DNA of 59,408 nt, the filler included, from Rhizaria sp. SCN 62-66 (Eukaryota), in the NCBI GenBank assembly GCA_001724265.1. It is 9 parts of 9 records of this genome, joined end to end, with 100 filler letters (N's around TTAATTAATTAA, not from the genome) between each part and the next. Parts side by side here need not be neighbours in the genome. Positions count along the whole stretch, not along the records: positions 11,493 to 20,643 come from MEDY01000637.1; positions 20,744 to 26,121 come from MEDY01000638.1; 7 more parts are not named here. One strand, written 5' to 3'. The position numbers and the translations under genes are program-made. Shown here piece after piece: positions 12,046 through 24,421 of this stretch (the stretch's first letter is position 1; every line of letters starts with the position of its first letter). Under the pieces are notes generated by a model. The model was not told the DNA's origin and did no database searches. It saw only the letters and a program-made list of their open reading frames with translations.

Positions 12046-12294
12046 CTTAAAGACGAATTCGACGGATTTCCAAGTATTCCCACGTCTTGTCCTCTAGCCC
12101 AGAGAAATTTAAGCCGCGCTAGGGCTGGCTGGGTGCTCACAGTCATTTTTGAACTTAGACCGCTCTCGCAGGCAGACCGACCGCCGACCGACGACCGACC
12201 AACTGGAGCTTCTCACTCAGTTCGAATCGAGACGTTTCCGAGTTTCGCTTCACGCAACAGTTGTTCGTAGTACTGTACAAGTATAGCGACAAAA

Positions 12295-14568
12295 ATGTCT
12301 GGTCCGGTACGTTTGCGACTCAATCTACGACATCCTTTCATTATTCTAGCTTACACGCGGGTGGCATGTGTCTATGAGACCGATTGTGATCAACCCAAAG
12401 CCATCCGTTGGTTGGCGGCCTCACGCCACCTAACTGCCCCTATTATGCACGCCACACCGCTCTATTTGTCATCTTAAGTGTGCGTACCGCTTGTCCTGCT
12501 TCTCGGCCTAACATCGCTTACTTATTTCTCCTCGTCGCGCGTCGCTTTCCTTCTGTAGCGTATCATTCCCAAGATCTTCAAGGAAGAGCAGGGCGCTCAC
12601 GGCGAGAAGGGCGAGTTCGCCCGTCTCTCCGCCTTCCTGGGCGGCATCGCCGTCGCCGACATGATCAAGACGACCCTGGGCCCCAAGGGCATGGACAAGA
12701 TCCTCCAGTCTATGTCTGGCAAGCGCACCATGATCACCAACGACGGCGCCACGATCCTTAAGTCCATCCCAGTCGACAACCCGTCCGCCAAGATCATCGT
12801 CGACACCTCCATCACCCAGGACTCCGAGGTCGGCGACGGCACGACTTCCGTCGCCGTGCTTGCCGGCGAGTTTCTTCGCGAGGCGGAGAAGCTTGTCATG
12901 GCCCACATCCACCCCCAGATCATCATCTCCGGCTGGCGCAAGGCCCTCGCCGCCGCCCGCGAAGTCCTCACTAAGGTACGCTCTTAATTTGCAATATCTT
13001 GTTAATGTATCAGTGGATTTACGTACACCATCGTTTGTAGTATCTATATCCTTACTGAATTTTTAAATCTCCCACAACTTCTCACTTTATTTTCATCTCA
13101 TCCACTTTGCTCTCTCCCACGCACGCGCCATTTGACCGTGGGCTTTGCTCTTTCTTGTTTTTCCTTCTTTTCCACCTCCTGCGACAACACCGCGCCTCTT
13201 CCACGCTCCCCCAGGCGTCCGTGGACAACTCTGCTGACCCCGCCCTGTTCAAGCAGGACCTGTTGAACATCGCCCGCACCACGCTGTGCTCCAAGATCCT
13301 CGACACCGAGGACGACTACTTCTCCAAGATGGCTGTCGAGGCCGTGCTCCGCCTCAAGGGCTCCTCCGACCTCTCGATGATCCAGATTGTCAAGAAGCTC
13401 GGCGGCAACCTTCGCGACTCGTACCTCGAGGACGGTTTCATCCTCGATAAGAAGTTCGGCGTCGGCTGTCCCAAGCGCATCGAGAACGCGCGTGTGCTCA
13501 TCGCCAACACGAGCATGGACCACGACAAGGTCAAGATCTACGGCGCCAAGATCAAGGTCGACTCGGTGGCCAAGGTCGCCGACATTGAGGAGGCCGAGAA
13601 GATGAAGATGAAGAACAAGGTCGACAAGATTATCGGCCACGACATCAACTGCTTCATCAACCGCCAGCTCATCTACAACTACCCCGAGCAGCTCTTCGCC
13701 AAGGCCGGCATCGCGTCCATCGAGCACGCCGACTTCGACGGCGTGGAGCGTCTTGCGCTCGTGCTTGGCGCCGACATCGTCTCCACTTTTGACAACCCCG
13801 ACAAGGTGACTCTCGGCAAGTGCGACCTCATCGAGGAGATCGTCATCGGCGAGGACAAGGTCATCCGCTTCCAGGTACGTACATCGCATCGCATATATCT
13901 CTCTTTATTTAAGATTATGTAACCTAAATTATTATTTTTACAATGGATCTTCATTTTTCATTTTATGTCCCATTATTAATTTTCATAAGAAACAAAGCTC
14001 ATCATATATTTTTTATATCCTCTCTCTCTTACCTCGATTGACACCACAGGGCGTTCAGAAGGGTGAGGCGTGCACTGTCATCATCCGCGGCGGCTCTCAG
14101 TCGATCCTGGACGAGGCCGAGCGCTCTCTGCACGACGCCCTCTGCGTTATCTCGCAGACGGTCAAGAACACCCGCACCGTCCTCGGTGGCGGCGCGTCCG
14201 AGATGCTCATGTCGTGCGCCGTCGAGAAGCTCGCCGCCAACACGAGCGGCAAGGAGAGCTACGCCATCGAGGCCTTCGCGCGCGCGCTCCGCACCATCCC
14301 GACCACGCTGGCCGACAACGCCGGCTTCGACTCGTCGGACCTGGTGGCGCGCCTGCGCCCCCTGCACGAGGCCGGGCAGAATGAGCTCGGCATCGACATG
14401 GACACGGGCGACATCGGTTCCATGGTGACCAAGCGCGTTACCGAGTCGTACCACTCCAAGATGCAGTCGATGGTTTCGGCGCACGAGGCTGCCGAGATCA
14501 TTCTCCGCGTCGATGAGATCATCCGCACCGCACCGCGCCAGCGCCGCGAGCCCGACCACGGCCACTAA
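12295..14568 (+). CDS. CCT2: T-complex protein 1 subunit beta; exons 12295-12306, 12559-12975, 13215-13874, 14050-14568
   Basis: [78 protein letters not shown]; three GTACG-AG introns. Confidence 0.97.
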
Positions 14569-15251
14569 GCACGATGCACGATGCTGCAAGCACTAAGAGC
14601 GATGCACAACGGCCGCGTATTGCATATAAGCCCAACCACGTCACGTGTGTGTGTGTGTGTGAAAACAGCTTTATTGAGGTTGAGGTGCGAATGTGAGAGA
14701 GTGTGAGAGCCAAAGAGCAAGATGAAGTAATAAGTGAAATGTTATTTTTGCTTTGTGACGTGTTTGAGTGTTAGAGCACAAGCACACAGCAGCAGCAGTA
14801 ACAACATTAGTTGGATTAGGAGTTTGAAGTAAAAGCAGACGATTAAGTGTAAAACAACAACATCAACAGCAAAAGATCATATAATAACTGTATATTGTGT
14901 AATACAACGTATAAAAAGTATATATTTCTATCTTAACACACACCTGGGGCCAATGACCTGAAATAACTTGACCTGAATTGCTTTATCGTAACTGAGTTAA
15001 CTTTAACGTTGATAGATAGACAAGAATCAGTGCATAGAGCTCTTAAATATAGCATCTGATAGCTCATAAAGTTGCAGACATTCGCAGTATTTGCGGAATA
15101 TGAATTGGATTTGAACACAAGATTGTATTGCAGTGTTTACACAGGAGTGAGGGTTTGGTTTCTGCTGATGACAAAATGAAAGCAAGACGATTTCACAACA
15201 TCATATACCGCGGCTATGGCGATATGAAGAGGTTCGAGAGAGTTGTCAAAC

Positions 15252-15935
15252 TTACTCGTCAGCCTTCTCCTCAGCCTTCTTGCCGATGTGGATGACCTTG
15301 AGGGTGGGGACGACGAAGGACTCGATCATCTTCTGCGCCTTGGACTTGTCCGAGGCGAAGCTTGAACTTGTACTGGTCAACATCACGCTTGATCTTGATG
15401 TCTGTTGGGAGAAAGCAAGCGTCGGGAATAGTATGGCAGAGACGAACAGAACAACAATCAAAGAGTGAAAGTGTGAGATGCGGTAAGGGCAACGATGATA
15501 AAAAGCGGGGAACAAAATGCATATGCAAGCATTACACGGCGCTACGTGCGTGGCGTGGTTCTACGTGTTATCTTTGGTATAGCGCGGTTGGCGAGGCATC
15601 ACGCGGCGAAAGCTGAGAGCGAAGAGAGAGAGTGAACGGCTCAATGCTCGTTACTGGAAAGCGTAAGCATGGGAGATAGGGAGGAAGACGTACACTTGGC
15701 GTCCTTGCGGCGGGTGTCCTTGACAAAGGTACGGATAGAAGTCTGCTCCTTGGGCTATGTGGGTGAAGAATGCGGATGTAGGGCGAGGATGCGGACATGA
15801 GCGAGAGCAGTGAGAAGAGAGCTCGGGGTGGGCAACTTGCATCATCTTGTTCGTGGCAGTAAAAACCGTTATGAGGCTCCGAATATAACGCGAAGATAGC
15901 CAACATCGTGGTAATAATAAACAAAAACGTACCAT
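15252..15935 (-). CDS. RPL38: 60S ribosomal protein L38 (eL38) with an apparent internal deletion/frameshift; exons 15935-15933 (ATG only), 15754-15694, 15401-15252
   Basis: M|PKEQTSIRTFVKDTRRKDAKY|IKIKRDVDQYKFKLR, then a frame change to SDKSKAQKMIESF...; the conserved (C)SRYLYTL segment is absent. Confidence 0.85.
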
Positions 15936-16132
15936 GTTGAATCAACGAGGTCCTGTGAGAATCCTGACAATTTAAGCGGCAGCCAAGCTCACTCCTCGTC
16001 TCTCTTCGTTCGGCCGGACTCCGTCCGTCCGCAGTCTTTTCTTTTTTCAGAACCGACCGACGCCGATAGATGACCACCACGAAGCGAGTTGAGAGATCTT
16101 TTGCAGTTCGACACGCGCATACGATATCTACA

Positions 16133-17549
16133 ATGGCTGCTCGCGGTGCTAGCGCTGGTTATGACCGGCATCTGACTGTTTTCTCCCCTGGTACGTTTTT
16201 CTTTGGAACATAAAAGGCCGGGATCTTGCGTCACAAAAGGTTAAGTCTACCGTGACCACACTTTTGTCGGTGCCTCTCGACCGCTTCCTTCCCCGTTCTC
16301 TGCTACCTCTGCTATATCGTTACTCTCTTTGCAACCATGATGTATACGCTGCATCTGGCGCATTCTATTATGTGCCTTCTTTGTTTGCTCTGTCTTTACG
16401 TTATTCGCCTTGATCTCGCTCACCATTCGAATCCACCACAACGACTGCCCCGCTCCCTCTCACTTCACTTGCCCCGTCCACAGAGGGCCGTCTCTTCCAG
16501 ATCGGTACGCCACATTTGAACAAGACAATACTAAGCATAATTTATTTTGCTTTTGTTTCACTCGCTATCTCGGAACCCTGATCTTCCTTGACCAATTCTC
16601 ACATCCTATCTGTTCCTCTCGTGCTTCCGTTGGTCTCCGGCTCCCGCTCTTGCTTTTATTTGCTCCACAAACGTCCTTCCATCACAGAGTACGCGTTCAA
16701 GGCCGTCCGTTCGAGCAACATCACCTCTGTGGCCGTCCGCTCCGACTCTTCCGTCGTCCTCATCACCCAGAAGAAGGTCACTGACAAGCTCATCGACGCT
16801 TCCTCCGTCACCAACATGTTCCGCATCACCAAGAACATCGGTGTCGTTACCACCGGTATGATCGCCGACGCCAAGTCCATTGTCCAGCGCGCGCGCCATG
16901 AAGCCGCCCAATTCGAGTACGAGAACGGCTACCCGATCCCCGTCGCGCATCTGGCACAACGTATGGCCGACGTCGCCCAGCTCTACACGCAGCACGCCTT
17001 CATGCGCGCACTGGGTGTGGTCTCCATCTACGCGGGCATCGACGCCGGTGCCGAGGCTAAGCCGCAGGTGTTCAAGGTTGACCCGGCGGGCCACTTCCTC
17101 GGCTACAAGGCCTGCTCCGCGGGCGTGAAGGAGCAGGAGGCGGCGAACCAGCTCGAGAAGCGTCTCAAGGGCGATCTCGCCACCCCCAACCACACGCAGG
17201 TAAGCACCTCACGAGATATATATCGCACGCAATGTCCCTGTCTTATAATAATATCATATTGTGTTGTTTTATATTGTAACAATGTGGAATTATTTCTCTT
17301 CGATCTCATTTATTCCGTACGACACGACATTCACACTCTTTGTCTCGCTTTGTTTCGCTTGTGCTTTGCCATCGCTTGTGTTTCCAGGCGCTCGAGGTTG
17401 CAATCAGCTCGCTGCAGGAGTGCGTCGGCTCCGACCTCAAGCCGGCCGACATCGAGGTCGCCGTCGTCACCGCCGACACCGGTTCGTTCCGTCTTCTCAC
17501 TGAGGCTGAGGTTGACGCTGTGCTCACCGCCATCTCTGACCGCGACTAA
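16133..17549 (+). CDS. PSMA6: 20S proteasome subunit alpha type-6 (alpha1); exons 16133-16190, 16484-16504, 16688-17199, 17388-17549
   Basis: [67 protein letters not shown]. Confidence 0.97.
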
Positions 17550-18364
17550 GCACTCGGACTGGCTGGGATTAAGCACTCGCAACGTCTGACAGGGACTAAA
17601 GCGTTATCTCTGACCGCGATTAAAGCGGTTAATGCCGGCAATCTCTGAAGTCGAGAAACTTGAAGCAGCAAGGACGTCTTTGTTTGTCCTCAAAAGTAGC
17701 TATAATAGTAGTAAACGTAGTATTAAACATGTGATAATAACAACAACATTTATATTACACAAAAAAAAAACTTTATAACCAAAGAAAAACAATACGAAAC
17801 CTGAAACAATACACAAAACCATCTTACACCCATCTTGATATTGTACGAGACTCTGATACTACTATAAATGAGTAATGCTTACAAGGTTTATTGAACAAGT
17901 GAGACACTTGAGTCTTTGGAGGAAAGATTACTAATTCGTCACACACACACAACATTGACAAGCGTACACTTACAATTTGGTATAAGTACGGAAACGTCGC
18001 AGTAACAACGCGACGACAACATCACAGTGACGACGACACGACAAAACAGTAGGTAAGGAAACAGCACAAAAGCAATAGAACTAACACCCAAAAAAAGAAA
18101 TAAAACCAAATGAAAAACACAAATAGCAACAAACTGCGAAATGAACAACAACGCAGAGTGACAACACGACAGCAACAATGACAGCAACAACGAACAAGAA
18201 CTGTAAGCTTTTACAAGTGACGCAAAGTTGCTTCGATCACCCAATTTTGAGTGCTGACAAATTTCGATCTCAACCTAACTTCATTGCGACACTCAGATAC
18301 ACAATTATCCGTTGGTCTCCTTATCACCGTCTAAATACACCCCAGTGTAAGTACCTACAGGTAC

Positions 18365-19757
18365 TTAAAGCTCGTCGTTAGTGATGAACCTGTTGCCCTC
18401 AGAGTTCGATCCGTCGTAGCGCGCGCGCGACTTCATCAAAAAGGCGCTCGTCTTGGGCGCCTCCTTCTGCGCCAGCAGCGCCTTGACCGAGTACGCCTCC
18501 TCGATAGGCTCCGCGGCCGCTGCGCCGGCGCCCGCCGCGGCGCCGTCCGCGGCTGTGGAGGAGAAGTCGGCGGTTTTGCCGTTGCCGACGCCGCCGGGGC
18601 CCGTGGTGGGGCGGGCGGGTGCCAGGAGGTGGCCCACACGCTCGGCCTCCTTGCGCTCGGAAGGCTCCACGGGACCTGAAAAAGGAAAGGCAAGGGATCA
18701 CAAGTAAGAGAAACGTGAACAGGCGAGTGGTGTGGGTTGTGATGAATATTGAGGACCAAAAGGCGATACACAAGACATATCGTCATATAATAAAGCAAAA
18801 ATATTGGGACATGTAGAAACTAGAATACTAGAAAATATACTTTAAAACTGATTCGTAAAGTGAATGTACTGTCAAGACATATCGCTGTTTTTAAACGTAC
18901 AAGCGTCGAGGAATGAGAGCTTCTTAAGGCGGTAGATCGTGTAGTTGCGGTAGCGCTGGTAGGCCTCAACCTCGTCGTCGGCAAACATATTTGGCACGCA
19001 CGGGTTGCACATCATCGAGAGGTATGTCAGGTTGGGGAACTGCGAAAGTCAGAGGGGAAACAAGAGAAAGGCAGCGTGAATGAGTGAAATTTAAAGGTCA
19101 CAGTGAGACTTTGATCTAGAAGAAAAAATGAAAACAATCAAGTCATTTAAGAATATAACGCTACGATAACATATATGATAATGTTTAATAAGTGATATAG
19201 CAGCGTTAACTTGTTTTGATAAGACGAAGCTGAACGTACGGTCTTGATGATGGTATCGAGGAACATTTTGAGTTCGTTGATGTTGTTGTTGTTGATCCAG
19301 AGCGTCTCAACCGAGTGTGAACGGGGATAGTCCTTGAACACTTCGATCGCGTTATGGTCTAAGATCAGCTCGTTAAGGTTGGGGAGCTTCGAGAGCCACT
19401 CGCCAGAGCTGTACGATGAAATTGATGCGAAACAGAGAGTGTGAAGAAAGCAGGGCAACGGAAATATGGTGTGAGATGTTGCGGAAGCGATTTAAGCGCA
19501 AAGACAAAGACCAACGAGAAAAGAATCGTATCAGATGATTGAAAACCCTCTTAAATATGACACAACGAACAAACAGCGTCGTAACTACTTATTTCGAGTG
19601 TGTAATCGACAAGGGAGGGGGTGTTGGGGACGTACTGAATCCTGTTGCCCGAGAGGTCGAGCTTGGTACACTTCTCGCCGTGCTCGGCAATGAAGTCGGA
19701 GGGCACAGAGGTAATATTCTGGCCTGCGAGCGAGTGCTCGTCGGAAGAGTCGGACAT
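18365..19757 (-). CDS. LRMDA: Leucine-rich repeat protein, LRMDA/C10orf11-like; exons 19757-19636, 19408-19240, 19039-18901, 18675-18365
   Basis: LDLSGNRI, LNELILDHN, VETLWINNN, FPNLTYLSMMCNP, YRNYTIYRLKKLSFLD, C-terminal YDGSNSEGNRFITNDEL. Confidence 0.85.
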
Positions 19758-20385
19758 CACGTCTCGCAGACGGGGAGAGGAGCGACAGGAGGGCGCTGAG
19801 AGCGGGCGGAGGAGGACGGAAAGAAAGGGGAAACCTTCGGGAAGAGGCAGGGAACAAAACAAGCGCCGGGTGAGTCAAACCGTCTCGTTGACACAAATTA
19901 TTACAAAAACAAGGGGTTGCGCCCTTATTCTGTCCGGACACCAATATTTGTGCTATTACAATGGACACAACACGCGCAATGTAGTCCTCAAAACAAGCTT
20001 CCACGTCACCCCACAAGACGCGTCGCCATTCCGAAGACTCGTCGCCCGAAACCCACAGCTGCGCAAGTATCACGACTTGAATGAACACACTATGTAGCGC
20101 GACGTAACGAAGTTCAATGAAGCTATAGCTTCAATATATGATAAATGGTAAATATGGTTTGATGTTGTGGTAAAGACAACGAAATGTTGTATGGTTAAAA
20201 ACTAAAGAGGCAAGAATGTAATTTGAGTTCTCTGGAGGGCTATGTATGCAACGACCTGTGTCAAAACGAGGATTATCTTGAATTACACACGTCACCACAT
20301 GTTGTATGCGTATACATGTGCATACAGACTGGTTTTGTTCGAGTTATAGAGTAGTCTATATCACAGTCTGAGTAGTTGAGGGTAC

Positions 20386-20643
20386 TTAGATGGTGATCTC
20401 GCCAGCCTTGATGGCCTTCTGGAGCTCGCGGGGAGTCTTGCCGTCGATGGTGCAGCCGATGGAGACGGCGGTGCCGAGGACAGAGAGGACAGTGCCGACC
20501 ATCTCCTTAGCGAGGGAGCGGGGGCGGATCTCCTTGGCAATGGCCAGAACGTCGTTCATGGAGATGTTGCCGTTGTGGAGGATGTTCTTCTCCTTCTTGC
20601 GGTCACGCTCGGGCTCCTTCAGGGCACGGATGATGAGGGCGGC
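20386..20643 (-). CDS. RPL12: 60S ribosomal protein L12 (uL11), 3' part
   Basis: [30 protein letters not shown]...[20 protein letters not shown]. Confidence 0.95.
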   Translation of the reverse strand, partial: AALIIRALKEPERDRKKEKNILHNGNISMNDVLAIAKEIRPRSLAKEMVGTVLSVLGTAVSIGCTIDGKTPRELQKAIKAGEITI

Positions 20644-20743
20644 NNNNNNNNNNNNNNNNNNNNNNNNNNNNNNNNNNNNNNNNNNNNTTAATTAATTAAN
20701 NNNNNNNNNNNNNNNNNNNNNNNNNNNNNNNNNNNNNNNNNNN
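20644..20743. other. Artificial contig linker
   Basis: Same 100-nt linker. Confidence 0.98.
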
Positions 20744-21170
20744 CACCCTTATATGGCCGCGGGGAATTGATGTTTGGTGGTGTTTGCCCCAGTGTGAGCC
20801 TGTGAGACTTGGTGTTTTATGCAGAATGTCGGTTGTGACAACTGTCGACCCCAATACTCCATATAAAGACGTTGAAAATCGGCTTGTTCAAAAGACAGAG
20901 AGCAGAGAGCATGAATAACCGTCACTTTTTCGCGAACCACATAGTGTCGATCTCGATGTGAGTTGCTGGAAACCAAACAATGCATTTGCCGTGATCAATT
21001 GACTCTAAAGAAGGTATCGACTTAGTATGTGCTGTATCAATGAATTAGATATCTGTATTCTATCTAGTTTTCACTGGCCACTTAATCCTGATTCTACGCG
21101 CATGCTTATAATCTTGGCACTTCAAGTTGGTGGCTGTCACTGTGACTGCAATCTTGGTGTCGATAGCGAC

Positions 21171-22880
21171 TCAATCCTTGCTTGCAGCACCCTTCTGCGG
21201 CGACGCCGAGAAATTGATCTGGTTCGGCGGCGGAATACCATCATCACCACCCTCTGCATGCGCAGCAGTAGCAACGGCGGAAGCACTGATAGACTCGGAC
21301 TCTGTCTCAGCCTCGGCATCAGTCTCAGTGTCATTCACAGCCTCAGCCTCCGCCTCGGCCTCAGCGTCGCCGCCCTCAGCATCGTCCTCAGGCTCAGCCG
21401 GAGCAGCTGTCGCAGCCGCAGCGGGCTTGGCAGTAGCAGCAGGTGCAGGCGCCGCCGCGGCCGCAGAGCCTGCAGCCGCCTTATTCGTGGCACCGAGACT
21501 CGCGCCCTTGCCCTGGCTCCCCTGAGAGCCGGCGCCGCCCTTCTCGCGGCGCGGGCTCTCACTGGGGCTCCTGCTACCGCCGCTCTTGCCGCCAGTCGCG
21601 GCCTTACCCTCCTGCGCCTGATCCTGTTGCTTGAGAGAGCGCGCCGAGGGCGGGAGGGGTCCGAAGTCGCTCTTGGGCGGCGCGGCGAGCGGCGGCGGCG
21701 GCGCCACGTGGCCCGTGCCGCGGATGCGCGGCGCCTGCGCCGTGGGGGCCGCCATGGTGCTGCTGCGGGTGCGCTCGGGCGAGCGCGACGCCTCGCGGGC
21801 CGCGGCCACGCGCGCAGACAGCGGGCTGCGGAGAGAAGGGGAGATAGGGAGATAAAGCGACATAAAGCAAACGCAGAAAGAAAGAAAAGAAAAGTTTAGT
21901 CAAGATATCAGGAATTATATACACAAGATTATATTGAAATAGTATTGTTGCACGTGTTCATATCAAAGCGAGATCGCGCATGTAGTGATGCGAGCCATTC
22001 TTAGTGAAGATGCACAGCGAGCGACGTACACGTGTTCAATTTTGTCGAGTGGCCGGACGGGCGTGGCGAGCTGCCCCCAGTAGGCGCCGTTCACGACGGG
22101 CCCCAACGCGGCCATGTTCTCGTGCGCGAGCCGCTCCTCGCGCTCCTGCTCCACGCGCCGCACCTCGAACTTGGTCGTCTTGGCGGGCGCATAGGCGGTC
22201 GAGAGCTTCGCGTACACCTCGGGGTTCGGCACGCCCGCCATGTCGGCGCTCGAGCGGTACGTCTGCTTCGGCGGGAGCGAAAACTTTTCCGTGCGGTGAC
22301 TGGGGCGCGGCGCGGAGAGCTTGTCGTAGTAGGCCTAGGAGGTTGTGGCATGAGGGCAGAGATCGGTGCCGAGAAGAAAAGAACCAGGCAGCAAGCAAAT
22401 GTGAGATGAATAGAGCGTAAGATGTTAGCGAATATAAATAAAATAACACAGACGCATAGAGTATACATAGTTTCGCACAGGCAACACTGCCTCGTCCTAA
22501 CTAGTGCTTGATGCGATGATATATCTTACTTAGAGTTGTTTCGACATCAATGGGTTGGCGATTGTACCTGGTTGGGGAGCGGCTTGACGTCGCCGCGGTC
22601 GGCGGGCGCGGGCGGCCGCGAGGCCTCCTCGACCTTTTTGGCATCAAACTTCTCGCGCGGGGGCTGCTTGGTTTGCTGTGGAGTGACATGAGACGGTGAT
22701 AGAGCAAGATGAGAGTGGTGAGGCAGATCGGGGAGCACGCCATAAGAGAGCAAGAGGAGGGAGTCAAAGGCGAGGGATAGAGGGCGGAGGACGGACCTTG
22801 GAAAGTTTCTCAAAGTACTCCGCGTTCTTGATGGGGCCCGGAACGAAAGGCTTCTCTTCCTTGATCCACGGGAAGTTCAT
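21171..22880 (-). CDS. Hypothetical protein with four N-terminal helical repeats and an acidic low-complexity tail; exons 22880-22797, 22675-22568, 22334-22030, 21825-21171
   Basis: Three GT-AG introns join into one frame; repeats NAEYFEKLSK, NQAYYDKLSAP, NPEVYAKLSTA, NGAYWGQLATP. Confidence 0.75.
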
Positions 22881-24421
22881 CGTGGGGTCGAGAGCAAGAG
22901 AACAGTCACAGTGACAAGAAGAGAGAGATGGTCACAGCGACCTCTGAAAACGAGTCTGGATATACGCCAGGTGTCCGTCAGTACGTATGAGGATAAGTGT
23001 GTGCGCTGGTGAGTCTAATTTTATTTCAGTTGTTTAATTATATGCCTCAATAGGCAGGCTCGACCTAGAAGAACATCTTTTTGTGACAACCGTTTCTCTT
23101 CGAGTCCATCAGGACGACCGTGGGTCTCCACCCATCTCAGGCCTGTGAAGCTCATTTCATCCTTCTTCATACTGGCTCCCTAAGATCGCACCATATCATG
23201 AATGATGTATCTTTAGTATTACACAGCTCTAATGTGTTTGATTCACATGCTTGATGTACGCATCATCGCGTAAATGTGCCTATGTGGAACCTCATCGGAA
23301 ACAGAACTTCGCGAAGCTTTGTTCAGCACAACTGTGACTTCCTTCTCATAACTCTGTCAAAGAGGTGAATAGCTCGTTTATCAGTGTAATGCCATATAAT
23401 TGGGCAGTCCGATCACGTGGCGATATTGTTATTTTCTGGGTGGCGGCCATGTTGTTCGTCTATATCCAAGATTCCACAGACTCTTGAGTGCAGGCAAGTT
23501 GCCAGACATCATCAAATACACACGATATGACAAACTAGATGAAGTCAGAGACAGTTTTGGTTAGACTTAACTATATATTTGGGCTAAACATGCGCTCCTA
23601 ACATTTCACAGCGCATAGGTGGGCACGTTACGTGCATCATATTCTTCCTGTTGTGTCTTTTAAAAAAGATGAATTGTCTAAAATGACTGTATATACGAAC
23701 TTAACAAAAAGCTTATCAGCTCTCATCAGGATATGTGATATAAACATAAATATGACGTGAGTTAACTGCGCCGTTTGTGCAACTGATGCGTTTATGAAGG
23801 TTATACTTGTGGAATTTGTAAATGCCACGGGCATTTCGAAATTGACCCGTCGTTTGTCGCGTCGTTCGGATTCGTATCGGCTCGCTAATTGCTCGGTTTG
23901 GTGCGTTTTATTTTTTAATTAACTTTGTATGATAACCACCAATGCTAGGCCCAATAAGATCAAAAGTTAGATTCAGACCGGTTATCAAACGCATATCTAT
24001 TTCAAAGTGCTCGCCCACTCAAAGCTTGGTCGTTGAAGGTGTTGAAATAAGACGACAGAGACTTTTTAACAAGAATCTCAGCTCTTTGCCGCCATAGCAG
24101 CGATGTACATCGAGTACAGTAATGTTCACGCTGCATACTCGATGCTATGCAGTACCTTAGACTTGGTGGTACAGTGGTTGTTATTTTGTTTACACTGCTA
24201 CAACGTCTTTTTTTTTTCGTGAGGCGATTCGTGGTGGCTGTGATGCAACGTGTTGGATTGGATATGCATCGAGAAAGCTCGATCCTCACCGTTGTTTGGC
24301 ACAGTGACCTTTTGCACTTTTTTGTCTTACCCTCACCGACTTACTCCCTTAGCTTGACACCTCCGTCTTTCTTATTCACCCCTTGCTTTTCGCTCCGACC
24401 AAAACACAAATCTTATCTCGA

